The translations under genes and the position numbers were made by a program. Positions 36,703 through 49,308 of a stretch of 64,000 nt of DNA are shown piece after piece (positions within the stretch are counted from its first letter, which is position 1; every line of letters starts with the position of its first letter). The stretch covers positions 29,140,001 to 29,204,000 of the forward strand of contig OY740807.1 of the NCBI GenBank assembly GCA_963514005.1, given 5' to 3'. Origin of the DNA: Raja brachyura (lineage: Eukaryota). Below the pieces are notes generated by a model, which was not told where the DNA came from, searched no databases, and saw only the letters and a list, made by a program, of their open reading frames with translations.

Positions 36703-37454
36703 CAACACCAAGGTTCTTCCCAGGACCAAAGGGTGCAACAGGCGATCCTGGTCTCATGGGAGCTAAAGGTGAAATGGGTAATGCTGGAGCTACAGGACCA
36801 ATGGGCCCTGCTGGTATGCCTGGAAGAAATGGAGCGAGAGGTGCGAGAGGGCCCAACGGTAGCCCAGGAGCAGCCGGATCTCCAGGCGCTGCTGGAATGC
36901 CAGGGCCAGGAGGAGCAAATGGCAGGAATGGTATCAATGGTGCAAAAGGTGCTGATGGTGATCCTGGTGCAACTGGAGCAACTGGTCCTCAAGGCAGCCA
37001 AGGGGAACCAGGATACAAGGGAGAGCGAGGAGATCCTGGGATGCCAGGTGCTCCAGGGATCTCCATTGCATGGAGAAGGTCTGCGTTCTGTGTCAAACTT
37101 GGCACTGGCAGTGTTACTTCTAACCAACCGATAGCTTTCCAGGAAATTCTGTATAATGAAGATGGTGACTATAACATTGCGACCAGCACATTTATTTGTC
37201 GCCTTGCAGGTGTCTATGCATTCCATGCTTATAATGAAGTGAATACTAGAAATGCACACACTGCAATAATAGTAAATGGGCGACGTGTTTACTCTAATTT
37301 CCAGTCATATTCTTCATATCCTGAAATGTCAACACTTGGTACAATTGTAAAACTGAAAGTAGGTGACAAAGTTTGGGTACAAGCTATTGATTCAGATACT
37401 GGCATTTGCCGTAACAGTTATTTCATGGGATACTTGATTTACGAGTGCAAGTAG
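36703..37454 (+). CDS. Gene B last coding exon: 38 Gly-X-Y triplets plus C1q globular domain
   Basis: Acceptor tgttgtttctag at 36702 inside ORF 36690..37454; GPK...GIS, then SAFCV, YNEDGDY, FICRLAGVYAF, LKVGDKVWV, SYFMGYLI; TAG stop. Confidence 0.93.
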
Positions 37455-37961
37455 AAATCCAATATTTGACTACATAACTTCATATTTCACGTGTATCTAA
37501 TTCCAATATCGATCTTAACTACCATCTAAATTTGACATTTTCATTGATCCATGTCTTATGTTGTCATGTTACACCCATGAAACTATCTCAAAACAACAAA
37601 ATGTGCTAACTCAATTTTATAGATGCATGAGTCTGAAATACCTTACTATTTTGGGGCTGAGGGGTCATTTTGTTCTTGTCTGCATGCAAAGAAGACCCAA
37701 TTTTGCTTCAAGGCTGCCCTTTATCTTACATAGACTCCACTGATAAATCGGCCCCAGCCTTATTGCAGGACAATTCACACCTCAGAGCCTAAGCTTAGAT
37801 CAGCAATTTCATCTGTACATTATAAAACCATACAGTGCAAGCTGGCAGGACAGAAACCAAAATGACCCCTTCAAAAAATAAGATTACATTTGGTTATTTT
37901 AAAACATTCATCACTGAATTAATCAAGAAATCATAGTTTCAGTGAAAGCAATTGAGAAAGC

Positions 37962-37967
37962 AATAAA
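37962..37967 (+). terminator. Candidate polyadenylation signal of gene B
   Basis: AATAAA about 510 nt after the stop codon. Confidence 0.4.
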
Positions 37968-39759
37968 TGAGACAATATTGTGCCTTTTGGCAGTGATTTT
38001 GATTGGAGCAATTTAGATGTGTCCCGTCATGAAATGTGCATGTAAGGAAAATCAGCAGCAGATAACTTAAGATGATCCGAGACCTTAATGTTGATAATGA
38101 TGCAATAGTCAGTTATTGTACCTGATATAATTGAATATTCTGTTACCACTGAACCTGGCCATAACAATACATTATCAAACATTCTGAGCAAATAATGAAT
38201 CTGATAGACACCTGCATTTATTCAGAATTTGAACTATATTGCATTTGTTACTCAGTATATCCATGTATTTTCTCACATGAGCTGTAATTGTAACTGGCAG
38301 AGGTTGTCTTAAACCAAGTCACACTCCTCAGCCTATGTGAACCTGGTTATTAATTGGACAGAACCTAGTTAAAGATTGGCAAATATGTTGTCAATATTTA
38401 ACAGAATGTACCATCTAAATCAATGTCTAGAGTGGGCAATGGGTTCTGACCATCTTTGACTGGGAGCCCGATATCTGAAAGTTGCTGCTTAACACTACTG
38501 GCACCAAATCCTGGAGCAAAGACAAAATACTGAAGATAGTGTCTTTGCGTTGCATTAATTTCTGTCTGGATTTATCTGAAATTGGATTTCTTTTATTGTT
38601 CTTTCAGAATTCACTGCTCTATGAAATCTTAATTGTATGGATATTTTCAAAGATACACAATAAAATAAATCCTGCTTTCACATGCATGGTGGTTTCAAAT
38701 GGAATTTTCATATTTCTCATTGCTGCAAGTTTATTTGTATATTTAATAATCATATGAGTAAAATAATATATGTGCTCCTGTTAGCACTCTGAACTTTAGG
38801 ATATGGCCTCAGTGCCCATCACCGTATTATGACTGCACAATACACCCTCTCCCATTCTGTACTGAACCATACCTCAACTTGAACTGCATCAAGTCCCTGA
38901 CTCCCAATCCTCATTCTCCACTCCAGGCCAACACTGGCACTGCACTGGCTGAGTTTGAGGCTTAGAACCTTCCACATGGAGCAGCTAAGTCCATGATCTA
39001 CTTCCTTACCTCACCCCCACTCCCACTAAAACTGACAGACATGATTGAAACAGTTGTTCTCCTGACTTTCCACATACTCTACCCAAACATTATCAACATG
39101 CAACAAAAGCTTTTCATTGTACCTCATTGTGCATGACAATAAATTAAACTCAAACTCAAACTGCTCACATACAAACTGATCCCCTATGTTTCACCTGCCT
39201 GGTATGATCCATTCCCCCATCATCCAAACCTCTCCACCATCTGAATTGAAATAGTACAAGAAAATAAGTGGTCTTTGGCCCAACAATTGTCCCAATATAG
39301 CACACCCTACAGGATGCTAAAATTCCTTCTTTAAACATTTCAGGATACGTTTGGTGAGACGTGGTCTGCTGTTGGGAAATTGAATGTAAAGAGCAGGTTA
39401 TGATTAGATTTACCTACAACCATCAAAGCAAGTTGACTGTGTAAAAGCGTCATAGAGCATGGAAATAGGCCCTTCGGCTCAATATGCCCATGCCAACCAA
39501 ATTGCCCCATCTACACTAGTCCATCTATCTGCATTTGGCTCATATAGTCTCTAAACCTTTCCTGTCCATATACGTAATACTTTATGTGAGCACTGTACAT
39601 TACCCCAACTGAAATGTGCCGATAACGGCAACCATTATTTTTGAAATGTACATTCAAACATTAATACTGAAACTGCACATGTAGACCAGAAACTAAAGTG
39701 GTCATCTATGTGTGGAACTGCAGGAGATGGGTGAACTCAATGAACATTTCTGGAGAAAG

Positions 39760-40880
39760 ACATGGAGTTATAGAGTCATACAGCATGGAAACAGACCTTT
39801 CGGCCCAAAATGCCCAAACCGGTCAACATGTCCCATCTACACTAGTCCCATTTGCTTGCGTTTGACCCATATCCCTCTAAACCTGTCCTATACATGTACC
39901 TGTCTAATTGGTTCTTAAACATTGCGATAGTCCCTTCCTAAACTATCACTTTCAGCAGCTTGTTCCGCACCATCACCATCCTTTGTATTATAAAGTTACC
40001 CCTTAGATTCCTATAAAATCTGTCCCGCTTCACTTTAAACCTTTGGCCTCTGCTTCTCGATTCACCTACTCTGGGCAAGAGACTGTGCCGATCTATTCCT
40101 CTCATAATTTTATACCTTTAGAAGAGCACCCCTCGTCTTCCTGCGCTCCAGGGAATAGAGTCCTGGCCTGCTCAACCTCTCCCTATAGCTCAGACCCTCC
40201 AGCCCTGGCAACATCCTGGCAAATCTTCTCTGCACCATTTCCAACTTAACAACATTTTTTTCTATAATATAGTGCCCAGAACAGAACGCAATACGCTAAA
40301 TATAGCCTCACCAACGTCTTATATATGGTAACTACAGGTACAATATGACCTCCTAACTTCCATCTGAATTTTGTAGCCGCCACATTGGACAATTTAACAT
40401 TTTTTTTATCAAGCCAAACCTGTAAGTCTTTGGAGTGTGGGAGGAAACCGAAGATCTTGGAGAAAACCCACGCAGATCACAGGGAGAACGTACAAACACC
40501 ATACAGACAGCACCCGTAGTCAGGATCGAACCCGGGTCTCTGGCGCTGCATTTTGCTGTAAGCCAGCAACTCTTTCGCTGTGCCACCGTGACTTCTGTAC
40601 TGAATACTCTGGCTGAAGAAGGCCAATGTGCCAAAAGCCTTTTTGGCCACCCCGTCCAACTGTGGCACCATCTACAAATAACTATGTACTTACATACCTA
40701 GATCCCTCTGTGTTACAACACTTCCCAGAGCCCACACCATTTACTGTGTAAGTCCTGCCCATGTTAGACTTTCCAAAATGCAACACCTCACATTTCTCTG
40801 TATGAAATTCCATCAACCATTCCTCAGCCCACCTGGTCAAGTGATCAAGAACCTGCTGCAATTTTTGACAACCATCTTCA
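39760..40880 (-). mobile_element. CR1 fragment with a nested - strand SINE (about 40385-40590)
   Basis: Reverse-complement CR1 ORF2 C-terminus; SINE matches 17276-17582. Confidence 0.8.
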
Positions 40881-40889
40881 CTATAAAAT

Positions 40890-41800
40890 AAGAAATACTA
40901 GGAATAAAGGTGTAGACTATTTTCTAAATGGGGAGAGAATCCAGAAATCTGAGGTACAAGATTCCCAAAAAGTTAATCTGCAAGTTGATTCAAGAGAGAG
41001 TTAGATAGAGCTCTTAAAGATAGTCAAGGGATATGGGGAGAAGGCAGGTACAGGGTACTGATTGTGGATGATCAGCCATGATCACAACGAAGGGCTGAAT
41101 GGCCTACTCTTAAACCTATTGCCTATTGTCTATTAAAGAAAGCAAACTCAATGCAAGCATTTATTTCAAGAGGGCTTGTATACGAAAACAGGGAAGTAAT
41201 GCTGAGGCTCTATGAGGCGCTGGTAAGGACGCATTTGGAATACCGTGAGCAATTTTGGACACCAAATCTGAGGAAAGATGTGCTGGCTCTGGAGAGGGTC
41301 CAGAGGAGGTTTACAAAAATTATCCCAGGAATGAGGAAGGTTAAGCTCTGATGAGCATTTGGCAGCGCAGGGCCTGTACTCGCTGGAGTTTAGAAGAATG
41401 AGGGGGGACCTCTTTGAAATATACAGAATTGTGAAAGGCTTGAATAGGGTGGATGTGGAGAGGATGGTTCCACTGGTGGGAGAGTCTAGGACTAGAGGTC
41501 ATTGCCTCAAAATTAAACGACATTCTTTTAGAAAGGAGATGAGGAGAAATTTATTTAGTCAGAGGGTGGTGAATCTGTGGAATTCTTTGCCACAGAAGGC
41601 TTTGGAGGCCGTCAGTGGATATTTTTAAGGCAGACACAGATACATTTTTGATTAGTACTGGTGTCAGATGATAGGGGGAGAAGGCAGGAGAATGGCATTA
41701 GGAGGGAGAGATAGATCAGCCATGATTGAATGGGGGATTTGACTTGATGGGCCGAATGGCCTAATTCTATTCCTATCACTTATGACCTTGTGATCTTATG
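40890..41800 (+). mobile_element. CR1 3' fragments
   Basis: ORFs 41151..41351 and 41359..41628 ([22 protein letters not shown]). Confidence 0.85.
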
Positions 41801-43634
41801 ACTATCTGCAATATTACCCATATTTGCAGATTGTGATACTTGGTTCAAAACAGTCTCACTGTGAGAAGCGCAACTCTCCATTTTCTCTGCAAGCTTTATA
41901 AGAATTATTATGTTTCGATGAGGTCACCTCATTCGTTTACACTCTGAGAAGCTGTAATTACTGGGGTGCCTCAGTGATTGCTGCCGGGACCCCAGTTGCT
42001 CACAATATATATTACGAGACTATGGGCACAGTCTGCTAAAGCTTTTACACGACAAACCAACCATCCTAGAAATCCAGACTTCAGACCCTACTGGCAGAGT
42101 CTCAGGAAGAGTCCCAACATGCTCTCCAGATATACCGCCTGACCCATTGACTATCTCCAGCACTTTGTTCACAAATGCTTCAATTTTTTGGACAGACAGC
42201 CGCTGAGCCATTCATTCTTGACGTTGTCAGGGAAGGGAAGGGAAAGAAAGGGGTGATCCACAGAAATCAGTGATGGTGTGGGAATACTGGGAGTCAAGTA
42301 ACAGTTCCTTTAGCCAGAATATTATCACATCTAATGACATAACATATTTAAAAATTGCTAAACCTTTCCCAAAATACTTACTAATTGTCAATGTTTAACA
42401 TCGGTGACAAAAGTGATGGATAAGTATACTTCAGTATAATGCTCCTCACTTCTTAAGGAAACAACGTTGATAGTTGTAGTTATTAAACCTTGTGGTGTCA
42501 AGTCCCTTCTGGACTTTTGAGATCCACTTCCATGAGACAATAGACAATAGACAATAAACAATAGGTGCAGGAGTAGGCCATTCGGCCCTTTGAGCCAGCA
42601 CCGCCACTCACTGTGATCATGGCTGATCATCCACAATCAGTACTCCGTCCCTGCCTTTTTCCCATATCCCTTGACTCCACTATCTTTAAGAGATCTATCG
42701 AACTCTCTTGAATGCATCCAAAGAATTAGCCTCCACTGCCTTCTGGGGGCAGAGAATTCCACAGATTCACAACTCTCTGGGTGAAAAGTTTTTCCTCAAC
42801 TCCATTCTAAATTGCCTACCCCTTAATCTTAAACTGTGGCCCCTGGTTCTGGACTCCAAGATCGGGAACATGTTTCCTGCCTCCAGCGTGTCTAATCCCT
42901 TAATGCTCTTTTATGTTTCAATAAGATCCCCTCGCATCCTTCTAAATTCCAGTGTATACAAGCCCAGTCGCTCCATTCTTTCAACATATGGCAGTCCCGC
43001 TGTTAACGTTGTGAACCTACGCTGCACTCCCTCAATAGCTAGGATGTCCTTCCTTAACTTTATAGACCAAAATTGCACTCGATACTCTAGTTGTGGTCTA
43101 ACTAGGGCCCTCTACAACTGTAGAAGGATCTCTTTGCTCCGTACTGAACTCCACTTGTTATGAAGGCCAACATGCCAGTCGCTTTCTTCACTGCCTGTTA
43201 TACTTGCATGCTTACTTTCAGTGACCGATGAACAAGGACACCCAGATCACATTGTACTTTCCCTTTTCATAACATGACACCATTCAGACCATTCCTCTTT
43301 TTGCCACCAAAGTGGATATCCTCACATTTATCCACATTAAACTGCATCAGCCATGCATCTGCCCACTCGCCCAACCTGTCCAAGTCACCTTGCATCTTCA
43401 TAGTATCCTCCTCACAGTTCACACTGCCACCCAGCTTTGTGTCATCTGCAAATTTGATAATGTTACTCTTAATCCCATCATCTCAATCATTAATGTATAT
43501 TGTAAATAGCTGCGGTCCCAGCACCGAGCCTTGCGGTAACCCCACTAGTCACTGCCTTCCATTCTGAAAGGGACCCGTTAATCCCGCCTCTTTGTTTTCC
43601 TGTCTGCCAACCAATTTTCTATCCATGTCAGTAC

Positions 43635-43970
43635 GAAGGCCCCTCTCGGTCATGACTGACCATGGGTGATGCATCCTGGTCGGGTGCAAGCCTGGGCGAT
43701 GTCATATGGGGGACAGGCTGTTGCCCATGCAGCACGTCCCCCCTCTCCACGTTGCTGATCGATTCAAAGCTGATCCATTACAGTTTGGCACCAGCGCCGT
43801 CGCAGGAGCTGCCAGAGCGAGGTTGTAGACAACAACGAACTGCCTTAGGATTTTCTTGAGGTTTACTCCAGGGAGTCTTTTCCATGACTGAATATGGCCA
43901 CAAGGCAGTGGAGGTTTTAAATCAGAGCTTTCCCTCTACTAGATGGACTGCCTTCCCAGGCTGACGAGCC
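43635..43970 (-). mobile_element. About 335-bp insertion resembling an RTE-clade 5' UTR or RTE-related SINE
   Basis: Interrupts CR1 between gtcagtac and cccaataccat; - strand motifs gggctcgtcagcctgggaaggcagtccatctag and gacggcgctggtgccaaactg resemble RTE leaders from memory. Confidence 0.45.
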
Positions 43971-44192
43971 CCAATACCATGTGCTCTACTTTTGCCCACT
44001 AATCTCCTATGTGGGACTATCAAATGCTTTCTGAAAGTCCAGGTACACTACATCCACTGGCTCTCCCTTGTCCATTTTCCTAGCTACATCCTCAAAAAAA
44101 TTCCAGAAGAGTAGTCAAGCATGATTTCCCCTTCGTAAATCCATGCTGACTCAGACCGATCCTGTTACTGCAATCCAAATGTGCCGCTATTT

Positions 44193-45447
44193 CAGGCACG
44201 TGCCGTGAGTAATTACTCAGGGTAGGCACTCAATCCGCTTTAAAAAATTACACCGCGCATGCGCAGATTGTTCTCTCCGTTAAATAAATAAATAAATAAA
44301 AAGCAGTGACATTTCAATTTGCCCTTTCCTAGGCTTCCTAGTCCTAGACCAATTGGGGGAACAGTTCCTTTCACAGCATGTGGAGAGTCAGGGGCAAAGT
44401 TGTGGGGAGGGCACGAGTGCTGAGAAGGAGGGTGTCGGGGATACTGCCAGTAATTCACTCACTCACCGCTGCCGCAGCTCGCCAGGCGCCAAGCCACGGG
44501 AGCAGCCACCGGGACCCGACAGCAGAACTGGCCGCCACTTCAGCGCCTTCTGCCGGCCCGCTCACCTTTGGCAGAGCTCGCCGTCAGAACACCTGTCACC
44601 ATCCTTTCGCTGACTTCGCTCATGTCAGCGGCTTCCTGCAAATCCTTAAATTCCCACAGCCGAGTAACCTCAATCGCGCTATCGTAATTTAAGGACATGA
44701 GTGAGACCAGCGAGCGGCAGGAGAGAGGTTTTTAGACGGAGAGCTGCCAGAGGTGAGCGGGGACCGGCAGAAGGAGCTAAGGTGGCGGCTGGTTCCGCTG
44801 TCCGGCCCGGCGGCTGCTCAGCCACCGAGCTACTTCTCTTCCTCCCCCCCCCACCCCCCCCATCGGCCTCAATGCGGTGGCATTCCATGTCTCCATGCAA
44901 GGAGCGTCACAAGTGGCATTATCCCAATCCCCTCATTCATAACATTCCTCCCCGTAAACTTAACCTCGGGCCAGACTCGCCAAATGCTTGGAAAGGAGCT
45001 CTACCCCCACCCCCACACCCCGGGAAATACAGTATTTAAAAACATAAACACAAAATGTACTTACCACATTATTGGTACACAAACTCCATTCTTCTCTCTT
45101 TGTTACCTAAGATACACTTAAAATATTGACAAACCATATTTGAAAACCCCGCCAAGAAACTGAAAACCATATTTGAAAACCCCGCAAAGGCAGAGTTTCT
45201 GCTGCCTTCAGTCCCGCTTGAAACTGACGGCTTCAGGCCGTGCTGACGGCACGTGGGCTGCACAGATCTTCCGTTGTTACAAGTGCTGCGGATGAAAGGC
45301 ACGGAGAATTATGCCTACCTAAGAGATCGATCTCTTACATAGGCATATTCTCCCATGCCTTTACTATTTATATTTAGTTATTACTATGTTATAATTTTAG
45401 TCAGGGTAGGCAGTGCCTACCTTGCCTGCCCTGACGGCACGGGCCTG
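44193..45447. mobile_element. Non-autonomous hAT-like element with an internal foldback
   Basis: TIRs caggcacgtgccgt / acggcacgggcctg; exact 8-bp TSD cgctattt at 44185-44192 and 45448-45455. Confidence 0.88.
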
Positions 45448-46322
45448 CGCTATTTCATCTTTTATAATTGACTCCAGCATCTTCCCCACATGAGGCTAAC
45501 TGGTCTATAATACCCTGTTTTCTCTCCCCCTCCTTTCTTAAAAAGTGGGATAACATTAGCTACCCTCCAAACAACAGGAACTGATCCTGAATCTATAATG
45601 GCACTGGAAATAGTGTAGGGGAGATTCACCAAGATGTTGCTTGAATCAGATAACATTAATTATGGGGAGAATATTGATAAGTTGGGCTTGTCTTTCCTGA
45701 AGCAAAGGAGGTTAAGGGTTGCCCCAGTGGGTATATAAGATTATGAATGGTATAGATAACATATTTTTCCTAGGTAGAGGGATGATTTGTTTTACACACG
45801 GAGTGGTTGATATTTGGAACATGTTACCAGAGTAGGTGGTGGAATAGTAAGATTGAACGAGAACTTACCAGTTCGAAGGTTGATCGTTATTTCATGAGGA
45901 GTCGCGGTGAGGGATTTCGTGAAGAGCCCGCCGGCGCGCATGCTCGACATTCTTCAAAGTAGCGGTGTGGAATCACAGAAACCAATAACAGAAATGACTT
46001 AGCATAGTAAGATGAAAGAGACTCAAATTACCAGGTGAAGGCGATTGAGGGTTGGGCGTGGAGGGCACGAAATCCCTCACCGCGACTCCTCATGAAATAA
46101 CGATCAACCTTCGAACTGGTAAGTTCTCGTTCAATCTTACTATTTCATTTCGGAGTCACGTGAGTGACTTCGTGAAGACTTCAAAAGCTTCTGTGATTAC
46201 ACGCCCTGGACCACGTCCATGCTGACACACCACTAGCAGGGATGGATGGGAGGAACAAACTTGCTCAAATAGTTCATACTGCAAAACAAGAGCATATTTA
46301 TTAACAACAAATCAAAAACCCC

Positions 46323-47402
46323 TCATGCGGGGACACCTCCACGTTCTCGACCTGCATTCAACACGGCTTCCGCGAACTGTAGAGGAGCAGCAACAGGCTT
46401 GTTATAAAATCGCTGAAACACAGCTTCATTAGCCCATCCGGCTGTGGCGAGAATATGGTCCATGGGCACCTCCATGACCCTCGTCGCCGACGTCGATGCA
46501 GCCCTGGTGGAATGAGACGTGAACACATTAGTGTCGATACCTGACTTACCCAAGATGACCCGGAGCCACCTGGATATCGTCTGGACTGTCACTCGATGAT
46601 GAGGTCTTTTATGAGTGACAAGCAGGTATCTCTCCATTCCTCTGATGCCTGCCGTCACCTTGACGTAGTGACGGATATGGGAGGCTAAACACAGCCTAGC
46701 ATCTGCGGGGTATGCCGGGAACTTCAGCTGCAGCCCTGTGCACCCAGGTCTATGCTGCTTTAGTAGCTCATCAACGAAGAAGACTACTTCTGTAGGGGTA
46801 GACATCATTCTGTCGACACGTAGTTTATGGAGTGTCTGTACCCTCTGTGCTGAAGTCAGCGCTAGCAACATCACCAGCTTCATGGTGAGTTTGTCCAGCT
46901 GGAGCCCTTCCATGGGGGACCACGTCCTGAGCAGGGTTAAAACGTCCCTGACATCCCAGGTGATATTGTAGCGTGGTGTAGGCGGATTCATATTGAATAT
47001 ACCCCGCATGAGCCTGGACACTAGCCTGTTGGATCCCACCTCAATCTTGAGGTAGAATGATAGCGCGCTCCTGGCGCTGTTGATGGCACTGTAACTTAAG
47101 TGTTCATCATGGTGCAACCCCGCGAGGAATTCCAGGACGTCGGTTATAGTCACGGCATCGTACGTGATGCGAGAGCGGCTGCAGAAGGCTTCCCACTTCT
47201 TGATATGTGAGCGGTATCTTCGCCTTGTTGACTCTCGACACGACGCCGCAATGGTATCCATGGTCCGAGTTGAGAGGCCGTATTGGGCTAACGGCCTGTT
47301 CAAAACCTGCAAGCCAACAAATTCAAATAGCCATGGCAGGGATGTGGCTCCCCTGAGACATGGTGAGTAACTAATTCTGGGCAACCCTTCAAAAGGACCC
47401 AA
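46323..47402 (-). CDS. DIRS tyrosine recombinase, open reading frame
   Basis: SAQR, HSTRAASTS, ATAGW, FQRFY catalytic motifs; true start uncertain. Confidence 0.9.
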   Translation of the reverse strand: MGPFEGLPRISYSPCLRGATSLPWLFEFVGLQVLNRPLAQYGLSTRTMDTIAASCRESTRRRYRSHIKKWEAFCSRSRITYDAVTITDVLEFLAGLHHDEHLSYSAINSARSALSFYLKIEVGSNRLVSRLMRGIFNMNPPTPRYNITWDVRDVLTLLRTWSPMEGLQLDKLTMKLVMLLALTSAQRVQTLHKLRVDRMMSTPTEVVFFVDELLKQHRPGCTGLQLKFPAYPADARLCLASHIRHYVKVTAGIRGMERYLLVTHKRPHHRVTVQTISRWLRVILGKSGIDTNVFTSHSTRAASTSATRVMEVPMDHILATAGWANEAVFQRFYNKPVAAPLQFAEAVLNAGRERGGVPA

Positions 47403-49308
47403 GGCTCACTGAGCATGTCAAAGACCACTGGATACCACGGCTGTGTAGGCCAGTCGGGTATAATAAGGATGCCCTTAGCTGCATCCATCTGAATCTTTCA
47501 TAATACCCGACTGATGAGGCAAAACGGGGGGAATGCATAGAAAAACCAATTCCCCCAGTCCAGCGAGAATGCATCTAGCGCCATAGCCCCAGGATCTGGT
47601 TCCCACGAAACGTAGGTTGGTACCTGATGGTTCAACCGGGACGCAAAAAGGTCAATATCCGGTTTCCCAACTTTGGCTGTGATTTTGGCAAAAATTTCAG
47701 GATGCAACATCCATTCAATATTGTCATTGAACTTGCGTGACCTGGTGTCCGCCACAGTATTAAGCTCACCTGGCAAATAGGTAGCTGAAATCCAAATGTC
47801 TCTCTGAACACACCAGAGCCAAATTGAGTTAGCCAATTTATCACACGAAACTGACCTGGTACCGCCCATATGGTTTAAATATGCCACCGCTGTGGTGTTG
47901 TCTATTTGGAGACGGACATGTGCCCCAAAATACTTGGAACAATAAGCACGAAGTCCGTGGAATGCTGCAAGTAGCTCCAAATAGTTGATCCCGTGTGACA
48001 ACAACATAGTAGCCTCAAGGGTATCCCATCTGCCTCCGCAACTAGAGGAATGATCCGTAGCTCCCCAGCCATAAGAGCTTGCATCAGTTTGCAAGTATAC
48101 CACCGGATTAGCCTCAATAATAGGCTTAAACGAGTTACTAATGTGGCGCACCCACCATCGTAACTCATCCGTCGCTTCAGGCGGCAGCTGCATTGGTCGA
48201 TCATAATGACCAGCGTGCTGTCTTAACGCAGCGATCTTGGCCCTTTGCAAATTCTGATAATGCAAAGGCCCATATCGGGCTGCCGGAAACAAAGCTACAA
48301 GTTTGCCAATTACTGTAGCTGTATGACGAATCGATGGTATACCAGCGGTGATTAAACCTTGACACACCTGGGTGACCTCCTCAACCTTATTAGGTGGTAT
48401 GGTGACCCTCATGCGAATAGAGTCCACCGTAAACCCCAGATAATGAATTACCTGGGAGGGGCAGAACTTTGATTTGGCTGGATGGACAATGAACCCCAGC
48501 TGCTGAAATAATTGACTGCAGCTGCAACACCCTGTTGAGCCAATTCCAGGGTGTGGCCCACAATTAAGATATCATCTAAATAGGCCATTACTATATGATG
48601 TCGTTGTCGTAAATAGGCCATAATTGGCTTCACCAATTTAGTGAATAATCGAAGGGCTGTGGTAAGCCCATTGGGCAAAGCCCTATATTGCCAGAGTTGA
48701 CCCATCCAGATAAATTTCAGAAACCTCCTATAATATTTTTGAATGGATACAGTATAGTACGCATCTTGTAAATCAATGCATGCCATAAAGCAACCATGTG
48801 AAATCAATGATTTGGCTGTTTCAAAAGTGTCCATTTTGAAATGAGTATATGTTACAAAAGTATTTAAACTAGTCAGGTCAATGATGACTCGACAGCCTCC
48901 ATCCTTCTTTGGTCGAGTGAATATATTGGAAACAAATTCCACGGGCTCATGAACCGTTTTCTCTATCACTCCCTTCTGTTCTAGCCTCAAAATTTCCTTA
49001 TAGCCTGCTGCCTGTTCTGCAGCAGACAATTTAAATGTTCGACCAGGCCTGTGCTGGGATGGAGGAATGTCCCCATTAAGAAACTCAATGCTATGACCCT
49101 GAACATTTCGTAACACATACTCATCACCAGTAATATCACCCCATGCACCCAAAAAGAACAGAAGGCGCCCACCAACATGTGAGGTTAGACAAAGAGAAAA
49201 GAGAGAACCAGACCGCCTCACCTCCGTGGTTACCGGCGGTCCTTGACACGTGTGGGTGGACGTGGAGGTGCTGGGTTGGCTTGAGGGCACGGCGTCCTCA
49301 TCTTCCAC
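47300..49308 (-). pseudogene. DIRS pol (RT, RNaseH, methyltransferase-like), disrupted
   Basis: IDLQDAYY, LPNGL, YLDD; 1-nt frameshift near 48510; QTDASSYGWG, INYLELLA, DNTTAVAYLN, DLFASRLN, YAFPPF; premature TGA at 47498-47500. Confidence 0.9.

Larger units (their letters stand above)
42535..45597 (-). mobile_element. HER1/CR1 LINE interrupted by two insertions
   Basis: (agacaat)n tail at 42535; RT region on the - strand through WRVANVIPLFKKG (45462..45656). Confidence 0.85.

Noticed and set aside
37025-37033. RGD in the gene B collagen (GERGDP)
   Set aside because: Common by chance in Gly-X-Y, usually cryptic in triple helices, and absent from gene A.
47300-48427. Methyltransferase-like domain as a novel system
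   Set aside because: Known C-terminal domain of DIRS pol.
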